Source: Fimbriimonadaceae bacterium (lineage in GTDB: Bacteria > Armatimonadota > Fimbriimonadia > Fimbriimonadales > Fimbriimonadaceae). Taken from it: 33,429 nucleotides of DNA. The stretch is from assembly GCA_014380605.1 (NCBI GenBank), contig JACMJO010000074.1, positions 1 through 33,429 on the forward strand, read 5' to 3'. Shown piece by piece: positions 16,308 through 23,528 of this stretch (position 1 is the first letter of the stretch; each line of letters starts with the position of its first letter). Both the position numbers and the translations under genes were made by a program. The notes below the pieces were generated by a model. The model had not been told where the DNA came from. It saw nothing but the letters and a program-made list of their open reading frames with translations, and searched no databases.

Positions 16308-16745
16308 CTAACGCGTATCGACGATTAAGGTAACTGGGCCTTCGTTGCAAATCGCCACCTGCATCTCTGAGCCAAATTCACCGGTGTGGACGGTAACGCC
16401 CAGGTTCCGAACCTCTTCGACGAATTTGTCAAATAGTTCCTTGCCCTTCTCAAACCCTGCCGACTCCCCAAAGCTTGGCCTCCTCTGACTGGCATCGCCG
16501 TAAACCGTGAAGTTCGAAACCGCCATGATCTGGCCCTCAACGGCTTTGAGGGCTAGATTGATCTTGCCGTCGGCGTCGTTGAATATTCTCATACCAACAA
16601 CTCGGTCGGCCAGTTTGCGGGCGTCTTCTTCCGCGTCGTCGCGATGAACTCCGATCAGGAGCGCCAGTCCTATCCCCATTTGAGAAACTAACCGCTCGCC
16701 TACTCCTACCGCCGCCGATGAAACCCTTTGCACAACCGCACGCAC
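16308..16745 (-). CDS. dtd: D-aminoacyl-tRNA deacylase
   Basis: (M)RAVVQRVSSAAV...GLALLIGVHRDD...KLADRVVGMRIFND..GKINL...GQIMAVSNFTVYGD...RRPSF is the canonical Dtd pattern. The ORF track begins one codon earlier (TTG at 16748). Confidence 0.9.
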   Translation of the reverse strand: MRAVVQRVSSAAVGVGERLVSQMGIGLALLIGVHRDDAEEDARKLADRVVGMRIFNDADGKINLALKAVEGQIMAVSNFTVYGDASQRRPSFGESAGFEKGKELFDKFVEEVRNLGVTVHTGEFGSEMQVAICNEGPVTLIVDTR

Positions 16746-16764
16746 CAAAACACCTTACCGCCCG

Positions 16765-18990
16765 TTACTTGGAAGCTGTGCGCCCAAACATTCGCAGGAT
16801 TGAAATCACGTCGGTGAAGTTGCTGATCTTGGTCATGACGGCCTGGAACTGCTGAGTGTCCGTGACATCGATCGTCACCTCGATTTCCGCCGTGTGGTTC
16901 GGCAGGGTCCGAATCTTCGCTGCCGAAACGTTGGTTTTCGCCTCGCCAAAGATGGTGCTGATGTCCATCAATAGGCCCTGTCGGTTAACCGTAATGATCT
17001 TGAGCCCTACCGCATATTGGCTTCCATCCGACGGCCAGTCGTAGTGCAAGAGTCGCTCCGGCTCGTTGGTCATGTAGCTCATGGCATTCGGGCAGACCCG
17101 TCGATGAAGCATGATTCCCCGACCCCGAGTCACATAGCCGACAACCTCATCACCAGGAATCGGACTGCAGCACTTGGCCCGATTCACCATGACGTTGTCG
17201 ATCCCGCTGGTGACAAGCGTGATCTTGCCTTCCTTGGTGCGGTTGACCTCGATCCGGTCTGGATTTGGCAGATCCTGAACCGTGCCTCGCAGCTTAGAAA
17301 CTACGCCTTGAACCGATGAAAGCCCCAATCCAACCCTTGCCAAAACGTCCGTTGCGTTCTCGCACCCGGTGATCTGAGCGGCCAAGACGTTGAGCTTATC
17401 GTCTCCCAAGAACTGCTTAGGCTCCAATCCCATCGAGCGAAGTTCTTTGGACAACATGTCCCGGCCCCGTGCTGCGTCGTCGGTTTTGGTTACCTTTCGG
17501 AAGTGATTTCGGAGTTTGTTGCGGGTGTGGGCGGACTTGATGAACTTCAGCCAATCCGCGCTTGGCGAGGCATTCGACCGGGTGACCAAATCAATGACGT
17601 CCCCGTTTTTCAGAACTGTATTCAGCGGCACTTGGGAGCCGTTCACCTTTGCTCCAACCAGGGTCATTCCCAGTTGGGTGTGCACCCGGAAAGCGAAATC
17701 GACCGGAGACGAGCCCTTCGGAAGGTCGATAACATCGCCCTTGGGTGTGAAGACGAACACCTGCTCGCTAAACAGGTCTGTCGAAATAGATCGCAGAAAG
17801 TCGGACGACGCGCGGGCATCGCTCGACCAGTCGAACAGTTGTTCTCTTAGATTCTTGAGCCTCTTTGTCTCATCTAGTGAGGCCTTTCCTTCCTTGTAAG
17901 TCCAGTGCGCAGCGACGCCAAACTCCGCGATCTCGTGCATCTCCATAGTGCGTATCTGGACTTCGAGGGGTCCGCCTTGTGGACCTAAGACTTTGGTGTG
18001 CAGGGATTGATAGCCGTTTGGTTTGGGCTTTCCAATGTAGTCGTAGAACAAACCTGGGATAGGCACCCAAAGGTCGTGTACCAGTCCGAGAGCGACATAG
18101 CAATCGGAGGTCGTACCAACGATGATGCGCAAAGCGAGCAGATCGTAGATCTCCTCAAACTTCAGACCCTGCTTCACCATCTTGTTGAAGATCGAGTACA
18201 GATGCTTAGGCCGTCCACGAACTTCCAGCAAGGTCAACCCGCGTTTTTCAGCCCGATCCTTTAGCTGGACCACCGCTTCCTGTAACTCTTGCTCGCGCTG
18301 AGTTCGGCTCTTGGAAACCAGATCGCTCACCTGCTGAAACTCGGTCGGGTGCAGGTGCTTGAAGGCGAGGTCTTCCAACTGCCACTTGATTTGCCAGATT
18401 CCAAGCCTGGCCGCTAGAGGAGCGAAGATGTCCAGGGTTTCATTTGCTATTCGGGTTCGCTTCTCGGGTGGCAGGGCGTCGAGGGTCTGCATGTTGTGAA
18501 GGCGGTCGGCGAGTTTGATGACCATCACCCGAAAGTCGCTAGCCATGGCTAAGAGCATCTTGCGGAGGCTTTCGGCGGCGCGGGTGGCTTCGGCGGCGGC
18601 TTTTTGTCGCTCTGATAGCTCTGAGGCCGAGCGGAACTTGAGCTTGGTGACGCCTTCTACCAACTGCGTAACATCGTCGCCGAAGGACTTGGTGAGCATC
18701 TCGGCGGTGAATGCTGGGTTGTCCTCGATCACGTCGTGGAGCAGTCCCGCGCAAATTGTGTCGTCGTCCATCCTGAGATCGGCCAGAATGTGGGCGACGG
18801 CTAGCGGGTGCAGGATATAGGGTTCGCCGCTGGATCGCTGTTGGCCGGCGTGAGCCTGCTCGGAGATGAAGTAGGCGTAGCGGATCTTTTTGATATCCGC
18901 ATCGGCTCGTTCACGACGAATGTGCTCGAGCAGCTCATGAAGCCGATCGGGCTCCTCCCAGTCGTGACTGATTTCGTAGGCCGCTACCAT
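16765..18990 (-). CDS. relA: bifunctional (p)ppGpp synthetase/hydrolase (long RSH: HD, synthetase, TGS, ACT)
   Basis: 741 aa. Hydrolase HD motif: HPLAVAHILADL...LLHDVIEDN. Synthetase motifs: GRPKHLYSIFNKM, GYQSLHT, EVQIRTMEMHEIAEFGVAAHWTYKEG. A TGS segment (VFVFTPKGDVIDLPKGSSPVDFAF) and a C-terminal ACT-like domain are present. Confidence 0.95.
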   Translation of the reverse strand: MVAAYEISHDWEEPDRLHELLEHIRRERADADIKKIRYAYFISEQAHAGQQRSSGEPYILHPLAVAHILADLRMDDDTICAGLLHDVIEDNPAFTAEMLTKSFGDDVTQLVEGVTKLKFRSASELSERQKAAAEATRAAESLRKMLLAMASDFRVMVIKLADRLHNMQTLDALPPEKRTRIANETLDIFAPLAARLGIWQIKWQLEDLAFKHLHPTEFQQVSDLVSKSRTQREQELQEAVVQLKDRAEKRGLTLLEVRGRPKHLYSIFNKMVKQGLKFEEIYDLLALRIIVGTTSDCYVALGLVHDLWVPIPGLFYDYIGKPKPNGYQSLHTKVLGPQGGPLEVQIRTMEMHEIAEFGVAAHWTYKEGKASLDETKRLKNLREQLFDWSSDARASSDFLRSISTDLFSEQVFVFTPKGDVIDLPKGSSPVDFAFRVHTQLGMTLVGAKVNGSQVPLNTVLKNGDVIDLVTRSNASPSADWLKFIKSAHTRNKLRNHFRKVTKTDDAARGRDMLSKELRSMGLEPKQFLGDDKLNVLAAQITGCENATDVLARVGLGLSSVQGVVSKLRGTVQDLPNPDRIEVNRTKEGKITLVTSGIDNVMVNRAKCCSPIPGDEVVGYVTRGRGIMLHRRVCPNAMSYMTNEPERLLHYDWPSDGSQYAVGLKIITVNRQGLLMDISTIFGEAKTNVSAAKIRTLPNHTAEIEVTIDVTDTQQFQAVMTKISNFTDVISILRMFGRTASK

Positions 18991-19064
18991 GGGGCGAAGT
19001 GTGATTGCCTTAACAAGCGGCGCTGCTTGAAGGTCATTTAGTATAACGTACGCTTAACGTTTCG

Positions 19065-19796
19065 TCACGTCGTCAACCGCTGGGCCAGTAGTCGGGCGAC
19101 CTCGATCGCCTGTTCGGGAGTGTCGACCGCAAGTGCGGTTCCCTTTCCTTCCACCATCCGAATCTCGACTCCGTTCTCCAAGAATCTGAGTTGCTCAAGA
19201 CTCTCGGTTTGCTCCAAGGGCGTAGGAGCCCATCCGGCGAATTGGAGCAAAACGTCGTGGCGGTAGGCGTAGATTCCGATGTGCTTCTTCACCGTCGTTT
19301 GCCCTGGATTCCTTGGATAAGGAATGGGGTGGCGGCTGAAGTACAAGGCGTTCCCTTTGCGGTCAGTGACCACTTTGACCACGGCCGGATTCTCGACCTC
19401 CTCGTCGGGGCAACTGCTGAATACGCTTGACATCTGCAAGGATGCATCGTCCCTAAGCGGCTGGGCACAGGCTCGGATTGTCTCCGGATCTATCAAGGGC
19501 TCGTCGCCTTGCACGTTTACGTAGAAGTCCGCCTTGAGCGATTCTGCAACTTCGGCCAATCGGTCGGTGCCGGAGGGGTGGTCGAGTCGGGTCATGAACG
19601 CCCTTGCGCCAAAGGCTTCTGCAGCCTCCGCAATTTCGGCATCCGGGGTGGCGATGACGACCTGGCTCGTCACTCCTGAGGCGAGAGCAGCCTCATAGGC
19701 CCATTGGATCATCGGTTTGCCGCAGAGATCGATTAGTGGCTTGCCGGGAAATCGGGTGCTGGCCATTCGGGCCGGGATGACGATCGCGCACTGCAT
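19065..19796 (-). CDS. kdsB: 3-deoxy-manno-octulosonate cytidylyltransferase (CMP-Kdo synthetase)
   Basis: AIVIPARMASTRFPGKPLIDLCGKPMIQW...GTDRLAEVAE...VNVQGDEPLIDP are classic KdsB motifs. 243 aa. Confidence 0.9.
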   Translation of the reverse strand: MQCAIVIPARMASTRFPGKPLIDLCGKPMIQWAYEAALASGVTSQVVIATPDAEIAEAAEAFGARAFMTRLDHPSGTDRLAEVAESLKADFYVNVQGDEPLIDPETIRACAQPLRDDASLQMSSVFSSCPDEEVENPAVVKVVTDRKGNALYFSRHPIPYPRNPGQTTVKKHIGIYAYRHDVLLQFAGWAPTPLEQTESLEQLRFLENGVEIRMVEGKGTALAVDTPEQAIEVARLLAQRLTT

Positions 19797-19878
19797 GAAC
19801 TTGAAAGGCTACCTCCAAGGACCGCCATCGCCTTCGAATCGAAGGTTATGGTGAATCGATACCAGGCAATTGTGCCTG

Positions 19879-19970
19879 TGGTCGCGATTCTTCTCGACCG
19901 ATTTTGAACCTGGTCGCGACGGATTTGCGACCAAATTCGAATCTGGCTTTGACCGGTTTTTTAGGTTCAG
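19879..19970. repeat. two and a half tandem ~32-33-nt direct repeats (TGGTCGCGA ... CGACC ... TT.GAA.C)
   Basis: A perfect 9-mer TGGTCGCGA occurs at 19879 and 19911. Each is followed 16-17 nt later by CGACC (19895, 19928) and an A/T-rich GAA segment. A truncated third unit starts at 19944 (TGG...TGACC at 19950). An 8-bp perfect palindrome GTCGCGAC lies at 19913-19920. Confidence 0.55.
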
Positions 19971-20041
19971 TTGAAGCGGGATTTTGTGTATCGTTTTTTA
20001 CTGTGTTCGCGCATATGTGTTTTGAGTTGTGAAAATAGACC

Positions 20042-20173
20042 AGTTGTGAAGCGGAGGAGATGGGGAGTGGGGAGCAGAGGAGGTCGGAGGGGTGAAGGGA
20101 TGATAGGGTGATCATGTGATGGAGGTGATGGAGGTGAATGGGTGATTGAGGTGAGAACGTTGAAGAGAATTTG
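20042..20173. repeat. cytosine-depleted purine-rich tract of TGA-phased 8-9-nt degenerate tandem repeats carrying multiple GGAGG / GGAGGTGAT motifs
   Basis: Only 5 C in 132 nt on the + strand. TGA occurs at 20093, 20101, 20109, 20117, 20126, 20135, 20143, 20152 and 20161. TGATGGAGG is perfectly duplicated at 20117-20134. GGAGG occurs at 20053, 20079, 20086, 20121 and 20130. Confidence 0.75.
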
Positions 20174-20265
20174 CTTCATACCTATAAGGTTTTGAAACGC
20201 GGTTTTGTCAACCATCAATCTGAGACTCTGGGTCTTAATCTTTTGCCCGGAGGCGCCGTGATACA

Positions 20266-20691
20266 ATGTATTTCTTGAGGCTAGCGCGACCCCTGATCCT
20301 CATATTGTTCGTCTTGGTAGGACAAGCACATGCTTGTTCTAGCCTTTGGGTGCTTCCCGACGGCAGCGAGTGCCGGACATGTGCGACTGAAACATGTATC
20401 ACCGGGTCTTCGCTCCTTTGCAATCAGCCGCAAATATCGCTCGGTGCAGGGTTTCCTCAGGATTGCCACGCTTGCTGTATCCTCACACCATGCAATGACC
20501 ACGACGATGATAGTGCGGTAGCTCAGGCTCCTTCGATTTCGGTTGAAATTGCCTTGATCGACCGTGTCATCGAATTCATTGACTGGTCCAGCGTTTACCC
20601 AAGACCCGTTCATATTCAGATCGAGCGGGGATTTCCCAACGCTCCGCCGTCCAGGTCGTCTTCACGCGCTCCTCCATTCCAATTGAGCTAG
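20266..20691 (+). CDS. hypothetical small secreted cysteine-rich protein, first gene of the heavy-metal efflux operon
   Basis: 141 aa. It has a signal peptide with an AxA site (MYFLRLARPLILILFVLVGQAHA|C). Nine Cys fall in residues 24-76 (C-x11-C-x2-C-x4-C-x7-C-x14-C-H-A-C-C-x4-C), followed by an acidic/His patch NDHDDD. GGAGG lies 12 nt upstream of the ATG. It is co-directional with the OMF gene and 48 nt upstream of it. Coding status is not proven, because two other frames are also open here. Confidence 0.45.
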   Translation: MYFLRLARPLILILFVLVGQAHACSSLWVLPDGSECRTCATETCITGSSLLCNQPQISLGAGFPQDCHACCILTPCNDHDDDSAVAQAPSISVEIALIDRVIEFIDWSSVYPRPVHIQIERGFPNAPPSRSSSRAPPFQLS

Positions 20692-20739
20692 TCGTCCGGC
20701 GGCAATTTGCCGCCACGTCTTTTATCAGTTGGAGTCCCA

Positions 20740-21951
20740 TTGAAACCCTATATCGTCCTCTTAGTTGCGTTTGCGTCAGTGCACCTGGCTCAATCGCAAG
20801 AGAATAAGCTATCCCTTGATCGCGCCTTGGCCCTGGCTCGTGCCAATCGTCCCAGCATTAGCGCCGCCCAGTTGCGGGTGAAAAGCGCCAGGCTGCTTCG
20901 GAAGAGCATGGGCGCGTTTCCGGCCACGCGGCTGTCGGTGGGCTATACAAGCGACCCTGCGGTAGGCGGTAGCGACGACGATCTAGTCCTTACCCAACCG
21001 CTTGACTTTTTCGGTCGGACTTCCACCGCCATCGCCGTCGGCAATGCCGGAATCCTCCGAGCCGAAGCAGAACTCCAGCAGGTCGTTGCCGAGATACAAG
21101 CCGAAGTTGTGGACACCTACAGCGAAGCGGCCGCCGCCAAAGCCCTTGCGGAAAGCGCAGTTCAAAGCCAAGACATCGCGCAGAGACTCGCAGATGCGAT
21201 GAAGATCCTGGTCGAGGAAGGCAGAGCGGCAGGCGTCCAGCTCATGCGCGTCAACATCGAAGTAGAACGCTCGCGACTTGCCGCCAACCAGCGAAATGCC
21301 GAGTACCGAGCAAGTCTTGAGCGTCTCAGCGGTCTGCTGGCGGTTCCTGTAAATCAAGTGGCAGTGCCTGGGTTTGCCGAGATTCAGGTCGAACTAATCG
21401 AGCCTGCCGCTTTACCGAGAAACAGGTTCGACCTACTTCTACTCGCCGCCGACGTTAGGGCCGCCGAGGCCGACGTTCGCGTGGCACGGCTGAGTTCACT
21501 GCCCGAGCTAGAGATTCAGGGCCGTCGATCTGCATGGCAAGACCGCGACTCTCGATACGGCGCGCGAATTCAACTGAACATCCCCCTTTTCGACTATGGC
21601 CGCTCCCGGGCAGAGACAAACGCCGCCAAGACCAAAACCGAGGCGGCAAATCGGGCGCTTGCCGACGCGACCCGGATAGCAGAGTCGGAGTTAAGCGCGG
21701 CTCGCATTGAACTGACGGGAGCACAGGAACAGCTCCAGCGATACCAAACCATCCTTGACAGCGCAAGAAAGCTGGTCGACATTTCGACGGTAGGGTTCAA
21801 GGAGAAGGCCATCACCCTCGTTGAGCTATTGGAAGGAACCCGCGCCCTGCGAGAGGTCGAGGAAGGGTTCGTCGAAGCCCGTCTGAGGCTGGCGAAGGCA
21901 CAGGCGCGATACTTGCGGGCAAGCGGTCGCATTTTGGAGCTGCAACCTTGA
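20740..21951 (+). CDS. czcC: TolC-family outer membrane efflux protein (CzcC-like)
   Basis: The OEP pattern LSLDRALALARANRPSISAAQLRVKSA and two-repeat helical content are present. The ORF track starts at 20707. I prefer the TTG at 20740, which has GGAG 5 nt upstream and gives the signal peptide MKPYIVLLVAFASVHLAQS. Confidence 0.8.
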   Translation: MKPYIVLLVAFASVHLAQSQENKLSLDRALALARANRPSISAAQLRVKSARLLRKSMGAFPATRLSVGYTSDPAVGGSDDDLVLTQPLDFFGRTSTAIAVGNAGILRAEAELQQVVAEIQAEVVDTYSEAAAAKALAESAVQSQDIAQRLADAMKILVEEGRAAGVQLMRVNIEVERSRLAANQRNAEYRASLERLSGLLAVPVNQVAVPGFAEIQVELIEPAALPRNRFDLLLLAADVRAAEADVRVARLSSLPELEIQGRRSAWQDRDSRYGARIQLNIPLFDYGRSRAETNAAKTKTEAANRALADATRIAESELSAARIELTGAQEQLQRYQTILDSARKLVDISTVGFKEKAITLVELLEGTRALREVEEGFVEARLRLAKAQARYLRASGRILELQP

Positions 21952-23528
21952 GATTTTTCACAACTTCCCTCACTACGTTCTTGATCATGGCCACGATGAT
22001 TGGTTGCGGCAAGGGCTCGGCCAAACTTGACGAGCACGGGCACGAAGAGGGGCCTCAAAAGGAAGAAGCTGGCCACGTCGAAGGCGAAGCGGGCCATACC
22101 GAGGACATAGTTTTAACCGCCGAGGCCGCCAAAATCGCGGGTATCCAGGTGGGCGAAGCTCGGCGAATGCCGATGCAAAGCCAAGTCAAGGTGACGGGAA
22201 CGGTCACCAACACCGCTCAGGGCCGAGCCGTGGTCACTCCTCCGGTCGCGGGCAAGATCACGCGCATCCATGTAAAAGTTGGCGACAACGTGCGAGCGGG
22301 ACAACCGATCGCCACACTCTCGTCTGCCGACCTCGCGCAAGCATCAGCCGGAATCATTGAAGCCCAGCGCGGAGTGATCTCGGCCCAAGCCGCGGTTCGT
22401 GAAGCAAGAGGTGAAACTGATATTGCAAACGCTAAGCTAAGGACGGCCAGGCAGAATCTACAAAGACAAAAGGAGTTCGCGCGAACCGGCGCTTTCAGCC
22501 AGCCAGCTTTACAAGCGGTTCAGCGCGAGTTGAATGAGGCGGAAACGACGCTCGAATCCGCACAGCAAGAACAGGTGGTCCACGAAGCCCAGCTGGAAAG
22601 GGCAGAAAGGCTCTACAAGCAGGAGCTGATCTCTCGAACAGAACTTGAGCAGGCTCGACTCGAGCTACAGCAGGACAAGACCAAGCAAGCAAACGCCAAG
22701 CGGCAGATCGAGATCGCACGCGCGGCTTATGAGCGGGAACGCAAGATCGCGGAACGGGGACTTTCGAATTCCAAAGAAATTCAAACCGCGGAGGCTGAGG
22801 TCCGCTCGGCGAATCTAGAAGTTCAGCATGCCAAGATCCGCCACAGCACGGCGGTTTCCGGTGTTGCGGGCGCGATGAAAGGCGTCCAGGCCGCGCAAAC
22901 TGCTTACGCCGCACAAGCCGGGGGGAGCCGCAGCGGGGGCGGAACCATCACCGTAGTTGCACCGATTAGCGGGATCGTAACGGACCGAGAGGCGACCCTT
23001 GGCCAAGCGGTCGAGCGCATCACCGAAATCTGCGAGATCGAAAACCTAAAGACCGTCTGGATCATCGCCAACGTGCCCGAAAAACAGGTCGGACTCGTTC
23101 AAAGGGGCTCGATCGCTCAGATTACAGTCAGTGCATTTCCGAACCGAATCTTTAGCGGGGTTGTCCAGGTCTTGGGGGGCCGCCTCGATCCTAAGAGTCG
23201 CACGATGCCGGTTCAAATACTGGTCGAAAACTCCGACGGCGCCCTCCGGGCGAACATGTTTACCACCGTTTCTCTCGGCGCAGGGGCGGGTTCTATGGCG
23301 CTTGCAGTTCCGCGCACTGCGATTGCGGAGAACGGCGACAAGCGCATGGTCTACATCGCGGAGGAAGGCGGCAAGTATGAAGAACGCCTGGTCGAACTCG
23401 GTCGCACCCAGGGCGATTACGTCGAGATTCTAAGCGGACTTGAGGCTGGCGCAAAGATCGTTGTCAAGGGCGCCTTTGTGCTCAAGAGCGAGAAGGTCAA
23501 GAGCGAGCTTAAGGGGCATGAGCACTAA
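21948..23528 (+). CDS. czcB: RND efflux periplasmic adaptor (membrane fusion protein, CzcB-like) lipoprotein with His-rich N-terminus
   Basis: The TTG start overlaps the OMF stop (TTGA, 21948-21951). Lipoprotein signal: MRFFTTSLTTFLIMATMIGC. His/Glu-rich segment: DEHGHEEGPQKEEAGHVEGEAGHTED. Lipoyl/barrel motifs: VTPPVAGKITRIHVKVGDNVRAGQPIATL and TVVAPISGIVTDR. C-terminal beta-domains are present. Confidence 0.85.
   Translation: MRFFTTSLTTFLIMATMIGCGKGSAKLDEHGHEEGPQKEEAGHVEGEAGHTEDIVLTAEAAKIAGIQVGEARRMPMQSQVKVTGTVTNTAQGRAVVTPPVAGKITRIHVKVGDNVRAGQPIATLSSADLAQASAGIIEAQRGVISAQAAVREARGETDIANAKLRTARQNLQRQKEFARTGAFSQPALQAVQRELNEAETTLESAQQEQVVHEAQLERAERLYKQELISRTELEQARLELQQDKTKQANAKRQIEIARAAYERERKIAERGLSNSKEIQTAEAEVRSANLEVQHAKIRHSTAVSGVAGAMKGVQAAQTAYAAQAGGSRSGGGTITVVAPISGIVTDREATLGQAVERITEICEIENLKTVWIIANVPEKQVGLVQRGSIAQITVSAFPNRIFSGVVQVLGGRLDPKSRTMPVQILVENSDGALRANMFTTVSLGAGAGSMALAVPRTAIAENGDKRMVYIAEEGGKYEERLVELGRTQGDYVEILSGLEAGAKIVVKGAFVLKSEKVKSELKGHEH

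Noticed and set aside
19831-19845. Perfect small hairpin CCTTCG-AAT-CGAAGG in the kdsB leader
   Set aside because: With a 6-bp stem and a 3-nt loop it is too short to interpret and is expected by chance in 33 kb.
19846-20266. Minus-strand ORFs 19846-20115 (89 aa) and 19967-20266 (99 aa) across the purine/pyrimidine tract
   Set aside because: They are open only because the minus strand is C/T-rich there. The products are Pro/Ser/His low-complexity (HSPPSPPSHDHPIIPSPLRPPLLPTP), and the two overlap each other in different frames. I treat the region as non-coding.
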